From the NCBI GenBank assembly GCA_040220855.1, contig JAVJVZ010000077.1, positions 766 to 64,765 on the forward strand: a stretch of DNA of 64,000 nt. The letters run 5' to 3'. A program made the translations under genes and the position numbers. This document shows, one piece after another, positions 16,024 to 25,662 of the stretch (position 1 is its first letter; every line of letters begins with the position of its first letter). Under the pieces are notes generated by a model, which worked only from the letters and a program-made list of their open reading frames with translations, was not told where the DNA came from and ran no database searches. The DNA is from Gammaproteobacteria bacterium. GTDB taxonomy: Bacteria > Pseudomonadota > Gammaproteobacteria > Ga0077536.

Positions 16024-17427
16024 GTGACGCAGGCTTTCTCGAGTTCCGGTGCGGTCGGCGCCCTCGATGCCGACGGCGCCGCCGCCCTGATTACCGCAGC
16101 CAGCGACGTCGCGCTGGTGCTGTCCGCCGACGGCGTGATCGAGGATCTCGCGATCAGCGGCGACAACCTCGTACTCGCCGGCAGCCCCGGCTGGGTCGGA
16201 CGTGGCTGGGCCGAGATCGTCACCGTCGAGTCGCGGCCCAAGGTCGCCGAACTGCTGCAGGATGCACGCAACCGCAGGCCACCGCGCTGGCGTCATCTCA
16301 ATCATCCCGGCGGCGCTGGCGAGGACGTACCGGTGATCTACTCGGCAGTCGGACTCGGCGCCGGCGAACGCATCATCGCGGTCGGCCGCGACATGCGCCC
16401 GCTGGCCGAGCTGCAGCAGCGTGTGGTGCTCGCGCAGCAGTCGATGGAGCGCGAGTACCAGCGCCTGCGCCAGGCCGAGACACGTTACCGCGTCCTGTTC
16501 CAGGAGGCGCGCGAGGCGGTGATCATCGTCGACGGCGGCACGCGCACCATTGTCGAGGCCAATCCCGCCGCAGGCACCCTGCTCGGCACCAATCCGGAGC
16601 GCCTCATCGGCACGCCCTTCCCGCGTGATTTCGACAACGCGGGCCTGCAGGCCGTGCGCGACCTGCTGAATGCGGTCGCCGGTGGACGTCGCGAGGGCGC
16701 GGTTGCAGCGCGCATACCCGGCCACGACACGCCGCTCACGGTGCGCGCGTCACTGGTGCGCCACGAGCGCGTGGCGCATCTCATCGTGCGCATCGAGGCG
16801 ACCGCGGCGCCGGCCGCAAAGGCGCCTGACCACCATCTCGTCGATGCCCTCGACCAGCTCCCCGACGGCTTCGTGCTGACCGACGAGGAGGGCGTCATCC
16901 TCACCACCAACCGCAGCTTCCGCGAGCAGGTCCAGATCGGCAGCGAGCTGCTCGCCCGCGGCGAGCGCCTCGAGCGCTGGGTCGGCCTGCCCGGGGTCGA
17001 CGTACCGGTGCTCCTCGCGCACCTGCGCGAACGTGGCAGCATGCGCCTGTTCCGCACCACGCTGCGAGACGCCCATGGCGGCAGCCTGGCAGCCGAGATC
17101 TCCGCCGTCACGGTGCCGGACGGTGCCGGCAGCTGCTTCGCTTACAGCATCCGCGCCATCGATCAGCGCCTCGAGGCCGACCACGAGAGCACCCTGTTAC
17201 CGCGCAACGTCGACCAGCTCAGCGACCTCGTCGGCCGCGTACCGCTGAAGGAACTCGTGCGCGAAGCGACAGACATGATCGAGCGGCTGTGTATCGAGGC
17301 CGCGCTCGACCTCGCCGGCGACAACCGTGCCTCTGCCGCGGACATGCTCGGACTGAGCCGCCAGAGTCTCTACATGAAGCTGCGCCGTCACGGCCTCGGC
17401 GCGCTCGACCAGCAGAACGAGGACTGA
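16024..17427 (+). CDS. ppsR: PpsR/CrtJ transcriptional repressor of photosynthesis genes (PAS domains + Fis-type HTH)
   Basis: 467 aa. The C-terminal HTH reads ...RASAADMLGLSRQSLYMKLRRHGL. The ORF uses a GTG start. Confidence 0.9.
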   Translation: MTQAFSSSGAVGALDADGAAALITAASDVALVLSADGVIEDLAISGDNLVLAGSPGWVGRGWAEIVTVESRPKVAELLQDARNRRPPRWRHLNHPGGAGEDVPVIYSAVGLGAGERIIAVGRDMRPLAELQQRVVLAQQSMEREYQRLRQAETRYRVLFQEAREAVIIVDGGTRTIVEANPAAGTLLGTNPERLIGTPFPRDFDNAGLQAVRDLLNAVAGGRREGAVAARIPGHDTPLTVRASLVRHERVAHLIVRIEATAAPAAKAPDHHLVDALDQLPDGFVLTDEEGVILTTNRSFREQVQIGSELLARGERLERWVGLPGVDVPVLLAHLRERGSMRLFRTTLRDAHGGSLAAEISAVTVPDGAGSCFAYSIRAIDQRLEADHESTLLPRNVDQLSDLVGRVPLKELVREATDMIERLCIEAALDLAGDNRASAADMLGLSRQSLYMKLRRHGLGALDQQNED

Positions 17428-17493
17428 GCCGGCACGACGTCGTCCGGGGCTGCGCAGTGTCCTGACAGCAGCCTTGCAAATCCACGACCGTGA

Positions 17494-17535
17494 TGTAATC
17501 TTTGATTTACACTAATGTGTAAATTGAGATTTACA
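17494..17535. promoter_or_regulatory. Two perfect PpsR operators TGT-N12-ACA (17494..17511 TGTaatctttgatttACA; 17518..17535 TGTaaattgagatttACA) upstream of bchG
   Basis: Read directly from the sequence. The site pair sits in an AT-rich stretch ending 4 nt before the bchG ATG at 17539. Confidence 0.85.
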
Positions 17536-17538
17536 GTC

Positions 17539-18447
17539 ATGTCCAGTCCGGCATCCGCTGTCGCCCCCGCCGCCCTGCCCTCCCCCCGTGCGGTACTCGA
17601 ACTGCTCAAGCCGGTCACCTGGTTTCCGCCGATGTGGGCGCTCGCCTGCGGCATGGTGTCCAGCGGCGCATCGGCGAGCGGCCGCTGGCTCGAGATTCTC
17701 ACCGGGATCGTCCTTGCCGGCCCGCTGCTGTGCGGCGCGAGCCAGGTCGTCAACGACTGGTTCGACCGCGAGGTCGATGCCGTCAACGAGCCCTACCGGC
17801 CGATACCGTCCGGCCGTGTGCCCGGTCGCTGGGGGCTCGGCATCGCGGTGGCCTGGAGCCTGCTCGCGGCCCTGGTGGCCTGGCAGCTCGGTCCGTGGGT
17901 GTTCGGCCCGGCCCTGCTCGGCATCGCGCTGTCCTGGGCCTATAGCGCGCCGCCGCTGCGTTTCAAGCAGAACGGCTGGATCGGCAACGCCGCGGTCGGC
18001 CTCGCCTACGAGGGTCTGCCCTGGGTAACCGGCGCGGCCCTGCTGACCGCCGGCGCCGCACCCGGACTGCCGGTCATCGTCCTCGCGCTGCTCTACAGCC
18101 TCGGCGCCCACGGCATCATGACGCTCAACGACTTCAAGGCGCTCGAAGGCGACCGCCGCCACGCGGTGCGCTCGCTACCGGTGCAGCTCGGCCCGGCCCG
18201 CGCGGCACGCCTGGCCTGCGTGGTGATGGCGCTGCCCCAGGTCGTCGTGGTGGTCTTGCTACTCGCCTGGCAGGCGCCGCTGCATGCCGGTGCGGTGGCG
18301 GCCCTGCTGGTCGGCCAGCTGCTCGCCATGGCGCGCCTGGTGCGTCGTCCGCGTGAACTCGCACCCTGGTACAACGCCACCGGTGTGACGATGTACGTCG
18401 CCGGCATGATGACGAGCGCGTTCGCCCTCGCGGGGATGGCGGCATGA
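17539..18447 (+). CDS. bchG: Bacteriochlorophyll synthase (UbiA prenyltransferase family)
   Basis: MSSPASAVAPAALPSPRAVLELLKPVTWFPPMWALACGMV...NDWFDREVDAVNEPYRPIPSGRV. 302 aa. Confidence 0.92.
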   Translation: MSSPASAVAPAALPSPRAVLELLKPVTWFPPMWALACGMVSSGASASGRWLEILTGIVLAGPLLCGASQVVNDWFDREVDAVNEPYRPIPSGRVPGRWGLGIAVAWSLLAALVAWQLGPWVFGPALLGIALSWAYSAPPLRFKQNGWIGNAAVGLAYEGLPWVTGAALLTAGAAPGLPVIVLALLYSLGAHGIMTLNDFKALEGDRRHAVRSLPVQLGPARAARLACVVMALPQVVVVVLLLAWQAPLHAGAVAALLVGQLLAMARLVRRPRELAPWYNATGVTMYVAGMMTSAFALAGMAA

Positions 18448-19796
18448 GCGCGCGACAGCTCGGCTGGCCCGGTATCGTACGCCTCGGTCTCGTGCAGACT
18501 GCGCTCGGCGCAATCGTCGTGCTCACCACCTCGACGCTGAACCGCGTGATGGTGGTGGAACTCGCGCTGGCCGCGAGCCTGCCGGGCGCGCTGGTCGCGC
18601 TGCATTACGGGATCCAGCTGGCACGCCCGCGCCTCGGGTACGGCTCCGACGTCGGCGGGCGCCGCACACCGTGGATTATCGGCGGCATGGCCCTGCTCGC
18701 ACTCGGCGGCATCGGCGCGGCCTGCGCCACCGCGCTGATGGCGAAGACCGTCGGGGGCGGTATCGCCATGGCGGTCGTCGCGTTCGTGCTCATCGGGCTC
18801 GGCGTCGGCGCTGCCGGCACCTCCCTGCTCGTGCTGCTCGCGTCGCGGGTCGCGCCGGCGCGCCGGCCGGCCGCGGCAACGGTCGTGTGGACGATGATGA
18901 TCGCAGGCTTCGTGATTACCGCCGCCAGCGCCGGTCATTTCCTCGACCCGTTCTCGTTCGAGCGCCTGATCGGCGTCACCAGCGTGGTGTCGATCAGCGC
19001 GTTCGTCGTCAGCGTGCTTGCGGTCGGCCGCCTCGAACACCGCACCGAGCCAGTCAGCACGACCCCCGCGGACACCGCCCGCGCGCCCTTTCGCGCGGCG
19101 CTGGCCGAGGTATGGGCAGAACCGCGTGCACGCCTGTTCACCGTCTTCGTGTTCGTCTCCATGCTCGGCTACAGCGCGCAGGACCTGATTCTCGAACCGT
19201 TCGCCGGGCTGGTCTTCGGCTACTCTCCGGGTGCGTCGACGCAGCTCGCGGGCACGCAGCACGGTGGCGTCCTCGCCGGTATGCTGCTGGTCGCACTGGT
19301 CTCGAGCCTTCCGGCCGGCCGTCGCCTGATCGGCATCCGGGGCTTTACGCTCGGCGGCTGCCTCGCGTCGGCGCTCGCGCTCGCGCTGCTGGCGCTTGCC
19401 GGCCTGCACGGACCGCCCTGGCCGCTCGCCGCCGGGGTGTTCGCGCTCGGCCTCGCCAACGGCTGTTTCGCCGTCGCCGCCATCGGCGCCATGATGACGC
19501 TCGCCGGTGAGGGCCACGCGCGTCGCGAGGGTGTCCGCATGGGACTGTGGGGCGCAGCCCAGGCGATCGCCTTCGGTGTGGGCGGTTTCGCCGGCGCACT
19601 GGGCGTCGATCTCCTGCGCCAGCTCGGCAGCGCCCCGGCCACCGCCTACGCCGTGGTGTTCGCCCTCGAGGGGCTGCTGTTCGTCGCCGCCGCGGCGCTT
19701 GCCGCCCGCGTCATGCAGACCACTGTCGTCACGCCGGCCAGGTGCGACGTCGTCACCTCCGCCAGCGAATATGCCATCGGGATGTCACGCTCATGA
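18444..19796 (+). CDS. PucC/LhaA-family MFS protein (the 'orf428'/bch2-like gene found between bchG and bchP)
   Basis: 450 aa and 12 TM. The start MSARQLGWPGIVRLGLVQTALGAIVVLTTSTLNRVMVVEL is typical of the BCD family. ATGA overlaps occur at both ends. Confidence 0.85.
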   Translation: MSARQLGWPGIVRLGLVQTALGAIVVLTTSTLNRVMVVELALAASLPGALVALHYGIQLARPRLGYGSDVGGRRTPWIIGGMALLALGGIGAACATALMAKTVGGGIAMAVVAFVLIGLGVGAAGTSLLVLLASRVAPARRPAAATVVWTMMIAGFVITAASAGHFLDPFSFERLIGVTSVVSISAFVVSVLAVGRLEHRTEPVSTTPADTARAPFRAALAEVWAEPRARLFTVFVFVSMLGYSAQDLILEPFAGLVFGYSPGASTQLAGTQHGGVLAGMLLVALVSSLPAGRRLIGIRGFTLGGCLASALALALLALAGLHGPPWPLAAGVFALGLANGCFAVAAIGAMMTLAGEGHARREGVRMGLWGAAQAIAFGVGGFAGALGVDLLRQLGSAPATAYAVVFALEGLLFVAAAALAARVMQTTVVTPARCDVVTSASEYAIGMSRS

Positions 19797-20986
19797 ACGT
19801 CAACTACGAACCCGCAACCTACGATGTGATTGTGATCGGCGGCGGCCCGGCCGGCGCCACCGCCGCCGAGGCACTGGCGCGGCACGGCCGCGCGGTGCTG
19901 CTGCTCGATCGCGCCGGCCGCATCAAGCCCTGTGGCGGCGCCGTGCCCCCGCGGCTGGTACGCGACTTCGCGATTCCCGATGCCCTGCTCAAAGCACGCA
20001 TCGGCGCGGCCCGCATCATCGCACCCTCGGCCCGCGCCATCGACATGCCGATCGACGGCGGCTACGTCGGCATGGTCGATCGCGGCGAATTCGATGAATG
20101 GCTGCGCGAACGTGCCGCCTGCGCCGGCGCGGTGCGCGCACACGGAACCTTCGACACCCTCGCGCGCGATGCCGACGGGCTGGCGGTGGTGCATTACACC
20201 GCACACGGCGACGGCGATCGCGCGGCGCATGCCCGCGCACGCATCGTCATCGGCGCCGATGGCGCCAATTCCGCAGTGGCACGCGTGGCGCTGCCGAACG
20301 TCGCCGCACCGCCGTTCGTCTCGGCCTACCACGAAATCATCGAGTCGCCCGCCGCGGGTTTCGACGGCGCACGTTGTGACGTGTGGTACCAGGGCCGCGT
20401 GTCGCCCGACTTCTATGGCTGGGTCTTTCCGCACGGCGCGCAGACCAGTGTCGGCGTCGGCAGCGCCGTGCGCGGCTTCTCGCTGCGCCGCGCGACCGCC
20501 GCCCTGCGCGCAGCGAGCGGGCTCGCAGACGCACCGCTGGTACGACGCGAAGGCGCGCCACTGCCGCTCAAGCCACGCAAACGGTGGGACAACGGTCGCG
20601 ACGTCGTCGTCATCGGCGACGCCGCCGGCGTCGTCGCGCCGGCCTCGGGCGAGGGCATCTACTACGCGATGGTATCCGGCGCGCTCGCCGCCGAGGCGGC
20701 ACATGCCTGCGTATCGAACGGTGACGTCCGCGAACTCGCCCAGGTCCGCCGCCGCTTCATGCGCGAGCACGGCAGGGTGTTCTTCATCCTCGGCATCATG
20801 CAGCGCTTCTGGTACTGCAGTGATGCCCGGCGCGAACGCTTCGTCAGCATGTGCGCCGATGCCGACGTGCAGCGCCTCACCTGGGAGGCCTACATGAACA
20901 AGCGCCTGGTGCGCGCGCGCCCCGCCGCCCACGTGCGCATCTTCTTCAAGGACCTCGCGCACCTGCTGGGCCTCGCGCCGACCTGA
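19793..20986 (+). CDS. bchP: Geranylgeranyl-bacteriochlorophyll reductase
   Basis: MNVNYEPATYDVIVIGGGPAGATAAEALARHGRAVLLLDRAGRIKPCGGAVP contains an FAD-binding GxGxxG motif. 397 aa. Confidence 0.92.
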   Translation: MNVNYEPATYDVIVIGGGPAGATAAEALARHGRAVLLLDRAGRIKPCGGAVPPRLVRDFAIPDALLKARIGAARIIAPSARAIDMPIDGGYVGMVDRGEFDEWLRERAACAGAVRAHGTFDTLARDADGLAVVHYTAHGDGDRAAHARARIVIGADGANSAVARVALPNVAAPPFVSAYHEIIESPAAGFDGARCDVWYQGRVSPDFYGWVFPHGAQTSVGVGSAVRGFSLRRATAALRAASGLADAPLVRREGAPLPLKPRKRWDNGRDVVVIGDAAGVVAPASGEGIYYAMVSGALAAEAAHACVSNGDVRELAQVRRRFMREHGRVFFILGIMQRFWYCSDARRERFVSMCADADVQRLTWEAYMNKRLVRARPAAHVRIFFKDLAHLLGLAPT

Positions 20987-21002
20987 GCGGCGCTGCGCCG
21001 CG

Positions 21003-21290
21003 ATGGAACTCGAGGCACTCGCCGCCATTCTGCCACCCACCACGGTAGCAGCCACGGCCCTCGGCGTGCTCGTCGTCGAGGGCGTCGTACTCGCGGCCGT
21101 GGCACTGCATCGTGATGACCGCGGCGCGCTCGTCGGAACGCTGCTGGCACTGCTCCCGGGTGCGTGCCTGCTGGTCGCCGTGCTGTTCGCGCTCGGGCCA
21201 CGGCCATGGCCTGGCGTCGTGCTCGCACTCGCCGCCGCCCTGCCACTGCACCTGCTCGATGTCGCCGCGCGCTGGCGCCGGCGACCTTGA
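21003..21290 (+). CDS. Hypothetical small hydrophobic (2-TM) protein
   Basis: It starts 17 nt after the bchP stop. MELEALAAILPPTTVAATALGVLVVEGVVLAAVALH...LLALLPGACLLVAVLFAL. No clear RBS and no recognised family. Confidence 0.3.
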   Translation: MELEALAAILPPTTVAATALGVLVVEGVVLAAVALHRDDRGALVGTLLALLPGACLLVAVLFALGPRPWPGVVLALAAALPLHLLDVAARWRRRP

Positions 21291-21462
21291 GGCCGCGCCG
21301 CACGCGTGGGTGGGTGCGCGCGTGCCGGACGCTGCGCGGCGCCCGTACCACGCACGCGGTCCAAACCGGCTGCGGGCGGCGCCGGTCGGTCGCGCCACGC
21401 GACGTGGCGCGCCGGCCCCGACGCGCGACGGGCAGGCCCTGCCCGAACCGCTGCGGGCCGCT

Positions 21463-22251
21463 CTAGGCGGCGCGTGCGGGGCGTGAAGAGGTTTCGTCGT
21501 CGCCCGTGTCGGCGGCTGCCGGAGCGTCGTCCTCATCCGCGTCCACCGGCGCTGCCGCGTCCTGCGGCGACGTGCCGGCGAACTCCATGCCTTCCCAATC
21601 CTCGGCGTCGCCCTGGCTTGCGCCCGCACTCGCGTGGAACACTTGCGTAGCGCCGGGTACGTCCGCCAGCGTACCCGCTTCGTCGGCGCCGTCGCTGTTC
21701 TCGGCAACCAGGTCCTCGCGCGTACCGTCCTCGCTCGCGGTGTCGTCGCCCGTCGTGTCATCGGTGCCGGTCTCGTCGACGTCCGCCTCCGACGCCACGC
21801 TGTCCGATGCGCTATCCGCGGCGTCGTCTTCGGCAGCTGTCGCGGCGCCGGCCGCCACGGCCGCGCTGCCCAGCGCGACCGCAGCCTGCTCGAGCGCGGC
21901 CGCGGTGCGATCGTCGGCACCGTTACCGGCCGCCGCAGGCGGTGCATCGAGAGCCAGCGGATCGTCGATACGCGAAGCCTCGTTGCGGCACAGGTCACGC
22001 GCACCGGCGGCCATGTGTGCGTAGACCTCGCGGTACTGCGCGGTGAGACGACCGAGAAGTTCGTTGGTGGTGACGAAGTGGTCGTCGACGCGCGCCTGGT
22101 AGTCGTCGAAATCCTGCTTCAGTTCGACCGGCGTGCGGCCGCCGCCGTCGAGTCGCGCGCGCATCGACGCGAACACGTAACCGGTGAGGATACCGAGACC
22201 GAAGAAGGCGAGGACCGTGACGACGAGACCGAATCCGCTGAGTGTGGGCAT
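21463..22251 (-). CDS. YhcB/ZapG-like inner-membrane protein (DUF1043) with long acidic low-complexity C-terminal tail
   Basis: MPTLSGFGLVVTVLAFFGLGILTGYVFASMRARLDGGGRTPVELKQDFDDYQARVDDHFVTTNELLGRLTAQYREVYAHMAAGARDL matches the YhcB architecture. A D/E/A/T-rich tail of about 150 aa follows. Confidence 0.6.
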   Translation of the reverse strand: MPTLSGFGLVVTVLAFFGLGILTGYVFASMRARLDGGGRTPVELKQDFDDYQARVDDHFVTTNELLGRLTAQYREVYAHMAAGARDLCRNEASRIDDPLALDAPPAAAGNGADDRTAAALEQAAVALGSAAVAAGAATAAEDDAADSASDSVASEADVDETGTDDTTGDDTASEDGTREDLVAENSDGADEAGTLADVPGATQVFHASAGASQGDAEDWEGMEFAGTSPQDAAAPVDADEDDAPAAADTGDDETSSRPARAA

Positions 22252-22477
22252 GGCGCTGCTCCCTTGCGATGCTGACGATGTGGCACGGCGCGCGGGCCCG
22301 TGGCCGCGCCGCGCGAATCGCTATCATGGAAGCACAGGCGCAGCGACGATGCGAGCGTTCCATGTCGAATTCTGCCGCGGTCACGGACGCCGCTGGAAAG
22401 AAAGACTGACACCTTCTCTTCCTGCTTGTGAACAATCGAATGCAAGCGACTGACGAGCCCTTCGCGCAGGCTTCCTG

Positions 22478-23389
22478 ATGGCAAATGACGACAGCAATTC
22501 CGTCGACGCACCCCGTCTGCTCGACGCCGAGCATCGCCTGCTCGACGGCATCACCGGCACGCCCGGGTGCTACGTCGCCGGGGAAGGCGCACCGCTGCTG
22601 CTCGTGCACAGCATCAACGCTGCTGCGTCGGCATACGAACTGCACACCGTGTTCGCCCACGCACGGCGCAGCCGCCGGGTCTACGCGCTCGATCTTCCGG
22701 GCTTCGGCACCGCGTCGCGCGCACCGCGGCGCTACGACATCGGCCTCTACGTGCGCGCACTGGTCGAAACCATCGATCACATCCACGCCGAGTGCGGCCC
22801 GACACCGCTCGACGCCATGGCACTGTCACTCGGTTGCGAATTCCTCGCCGCAGCGAGCGCCACGCGCCCCGGGCGTCTGCGTACGCTCGCACTGGTCACG
22901 CCCACCGGCTTCGATGCACGCAGCGCGCAACGGGCCGCGCGCGCGCACGGCTCGCTCGAAGTGCCCGGCCTGCATACGGCGCTGACTGTCAGCGGGCTCG
23001 GCAGGCTAGCGTTCCGCCTGTTGACGACGCGACGCTCGATCGGCTGGTTCATGCGCCGCACCTACGGCGGCGACACGGTCGCTGCGGACGTCATCGACGC
23101 GGCCTGGCGCAACGCGCGAGTCGCCGGCGCGCGCCATGCGCCGCTGGCCTTCCTCAGCGGACGATTGTTCCATGCCCATCCGCGCACACTCTACGAAGCG
23201 CTCACGCTGCCGGTGTGGGTGGCGCAACCGCTGCGTGGGGACTTCCGCGATTTCAGCGCAGCCGGCTGGGCGCGCGAACGCGCCAACTGGCAATTCACCC
23301 CCTTCGACACCGGCGCACTGCCACAGCTCGAGGCACCGTCTGCATTCCTGCCCGCCTGGGAACAGTTCCTCGCCGCCCATGCGCGCTGA
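22478..23389 (+). CDS. Alpha/beta-fold hydrolase
   Basis: 303 aa. ...PLLLVHSINAAASAYEL...MALSLGCEFL... shows a nucleophile-elbow-like motif. Confidence 0.6.
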   Translation: MANDDSNSVDAPRLLDAEHRLLDGITGTPGCYVAGEGAPLLLVHSINAAASAYELHTVFAHARRSRRVYALDLPGFGTASRAPRRYDIGLYVRALVETIDHIHAECGPTPLDAMALSLGCEFLAAASATRPGRLRTLALVTPTGFDARSAQRAARAHGSLEVPGLHTALTVSGLGRLAFRLLTTRRSIGWFMRRTYGGDTVAADVIDAAWRNARVAGARHAPLAFLSGRLFHAHPRTLYEALTLPVWVAQPLRGDFRDFSAAGWARERANWQFTPFDTGALPQLEAPSAFLPAWEQFLAAHAR

Positions 23390-23455
23390 ATAGACTCGCC
23401 GCGGCGCATGCCGGCCCATCGCCGGCGCACGTACAATGGCGCCAGGGAGGGTTCC

Positions 23456-23770
23456 ATGAACAGCACACGTCCGTCCGCGGACGCGGCCGCAGCGCCGCGC
23501 CCCGATCACGCCCGCGCGCATGCCTACTGGCGCGCCAACCTGCGTCTCGTCGCAGTGCTCCTCGCAATCTGGTTCGCCGTCTCGTTCGGCGCCGGCATCC
23601 TGTTCGTCGAACCGTTGAACGCGTTCCGCCTCGGCGGCTTTCCACTCGGTTTCTGGTTCGGCCAACAGGGCGCGATCTTCGTCTTCGTCATCCTGGTGTT
23701 TGTCTATGCCGCCGCGATGCGCCACCTCGATCGACGCTACGGTGTCGATGACACCACCGGGGATCGCTGA
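23456..23770 (+). CDS. DUF4212 small membrane protein (putative small subunit partnering an SSS transporter)
   Basis: RBS GGGAGGG precedes the start. MNSTRPSADAAAAPRPDHARAHAYWRANLRLVAVLLAIWFAVSFGAGILFVEPLNAFRLGGFPLGFWFGQQGAIFVFVILVFVYAAAM. It lies directly upstream of the SSS transporter and shares its stop/start. Confidence 0.7.
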   Translation: MNSTRPSADAAAAPRPDHARAHAYWRANLRLVAVLLAIWFAVSFGAGILFVEPLNAFRLGGFPLGFWFGQQGAIFVFVILVFVYAAAMRHLDRRYGVDDTTGDR

Positions 23771-25545
23771 TGGACGCACAGACGCTCACCTACCTGTTCG
23801 TTGCGGCGAGCTTCGCGCTCTACATCGGCATCGCGGTGTGGTCGCGCGCCGGCTCGACCGGTGACTTCTACGTCGCCGGCGGCGGCGTGCACCCGATCGC
23901 CAACGGCATGGCGACCGCAGCCGACTGGATGAGCGCTGCCTCGTTCATCTCGATGGCCGGCATCATTGCCTTCATGGGGTACGACGGCAGCGTCTACCTG
24001 ATGGGCTGGACCGGCGGCTACGTGCTGCTCGCGATGCTGCTCGCGCCCTACCTGCGCAAGTTCGGCGAGTTCACCGTGCCCGACTTCATCGGCACGCGCT
24101 ACTACTCCAACACCGCGCGCGTGGTCGCGGTGGTGAGCCTCATCGTGATCTCCTTCACCTACGTCGCCGGCCAGATGCGCGGCGTCGGCATCGTCTTCTC
24201 GCACTTCCTCGGCGTACCCATCGACTGGGGCGTCGCCATCGGCATGCTGGTGGTGTTCTTCTACGCCGTACTCGGCGGCATGAAGGGCATCACCTACACG
24301 CAGGTTGCCCAGTACTGCGTGCTCATCTTCGCCTACCTCGTGCCCGCGGTATTCATCTCACTGCTCGTCACCGGGCACGCGGTGCCGCAGCTCGGCCTCG
24401 GCGCCAGCGTCACCGACGGCTCCGGCCTCGCCGTGCTCGAGAAGCTCGATCGCACGCTCGTCGACCTCGGCTTCGCACCCTACACGAGCGGCACGCGGGC
24501 GAGCGTCGATGTCTTTGCCATCACCATGGCACTGATGCTCGGCACTGCCGGCCTGCCGCACGTCATCGTGCGTTTCTTCACCGTGCCGAAAGTCTCCGAT
24601 GCACGCCGCTCGGCGGGCTGGGCGCTACTCTTCATCGCCCTGCTCTACACCACCGCGCCCGCGGTCGGCGCGTTTGCGCGGCTCAACTTCATCGATACCG
24701 TGCACGACAAGCCCTACGCCGGCGTCGCCGACTGGTTCCGCACCTGGGAGAACGTCGGCCTTGTCGGCTGGCGCGACAAGAACGGTGACGGCCGCATCCA
24801 GTACGCGCCGGGGGCACCGTTTGCCGGCAAGCCGGAGTTCGCCGGCGACGCGCGCGGCGTCGACGGCCAGCGCATGCTGCTCAACCGTTCCAGCGATGGC
24901 GCCAACGAGGTCTACCTCGACCGCGACATCATGGTCCTCGCCAATCCCGAGATCGCGCGCCTGCCGCCCTGGGTGATTGCGCTCGTCGCCGCCGGCAGTC
25001 TCGCCGCCGCGCTGTCCACCGCGGCCGGGTTGCTGCTGGTCATCTCGGCCTCGGTATCGCACGACCTGCTCAAGAAGACCTTCGCGCGCGGCCTGAGCGA
25101 CCGCCAGGAGTTGCTGGCCGCGCGCATCGCCGCGGCCAGCGCCATCGCCGTCGCCGGCTACCTCGGCGTCAACCCGCCGGGCTTCGTCGCCGAGGTCGTC
25201 GCCTTCGCCTTCGGGCTCGCCGCCGCGTCGCTGTTTCCCGCCATCCTGCTCGGCATCTTCTCGTTGCGCATGAACCGCGAAGGCGCCGTCACCGGGATGA
25301 TCACGGGCCTGGCCTTCACCTTCGGTTACATCGCCTGGTTCAAGTTCTACGCGCCCCATCTGAACGGGCCGGAGGCCTGGTGGTTCGGCATCTCGCCGGA
25401 AGGCATCGGCGCGCTCGGCGCGCTGCTCAACCTCACCGTCGCGCTGACCGTGTCGCGCCTGACCGCGCCGCCGCCGACCGGGGTTGTCGCGCTGGTCGAG
25501 GACATCCGCGTACCGGCCGGGGTGAGCACGCCGCACATGCACTGA
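23770..25545 (+). CDS. Sodium:solute symporter family transporter (VC_2705/ActP-like cation/carboxylate symporter)
   Basis: 591 aa and about 13 TM. ...DFYVAGGGVHPIANGMATAADWMSAASFISMAGIIAF.... Confidence 0.8.
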   Translation: MDAQTLTYLFVAASFALYIGIAVWSRAGSTGDFYVAGGGVHPIANGMATAADWMSAASFISMAGIIAFMGYDGSVYLMGWTGGYVLLAMLLAPYLRKFGEFTVPDFIGTRYYSNTARVVAVVSLIVISFTYVAGQMRGVGIVFSHFLGVPIDWGVAIGMLVVFFYAVLGGMKGITYTQVAQYCVLIFAYLVPAVFISLLVTGHAVPQLGLGASVTDGSGLAVLEKLDRTLVDLGFAPYTSGTRASVDVFAITMALMLGTAGLPHVIVRFFTVPKVSDARRSAGWALLFIALLYTTAPAVGAFARLNFIDTVHDKPYAGVADWFRTWENVGLVGWRDKNGDGRIQYAPGAPFAGKPEFAGDARGVDGQRMLLNRSSDGANEVYLDRDIMVLANPEIARLPPWVIALVAAGSLAAALSTAAGLLLVISASVSHDLLKKTFARGLSDRQELLAARIAAASAIAVAGYLGVNPPGFVAEVVAFAFGLAAASLFPAILLGIFSLRMNREGAVTGMITGLAFTFGYIAWFKFYAPHLNGPEAWWFGISPEGIGALGALLNLTVALTVSRLTAPPPTGVVALVEDIRVPAGVSTPHMH

Positions 25546-25631
25546 GGACGTTCGGCGCGCGCCGTCGCGCCCGTGCCGATCCGATGGTCGCGGGACGCGA
25601 GCGCGTGGCCGACCTCACGCCACTTGCGCGC

Positions 25632-25662
25632 CATAACGCGGACCAATATAGTCCGCGTTATG
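25632..25662. promoter_or_regulatory. Perfect 12-bp inverted repeat CATAACGCGGAC-N7-GTCCGCGTTATG overlapping the Rrf2 start codon (candidate autoregulatory operator)
   Basis: Read directly from the sequence. Confidence 0.6.

Noticed and set aside
19646-21364. 572-aa minus-strand ORF, together with the 20946..22004 minus-strand ORF
   Set aside because: They are antisense or alternate frames of bchP and the yhcB-like gene. They have no motifs and are Arg/Ala-rich.
22270-22300. TGGCAC motif that could hint at a sigma-54 promoter upstream of the hydrolase gene
   Set aside because: There is no TTGC element at the required +5 spacing, and GC-rich DNA produces TGGCAC by chance.
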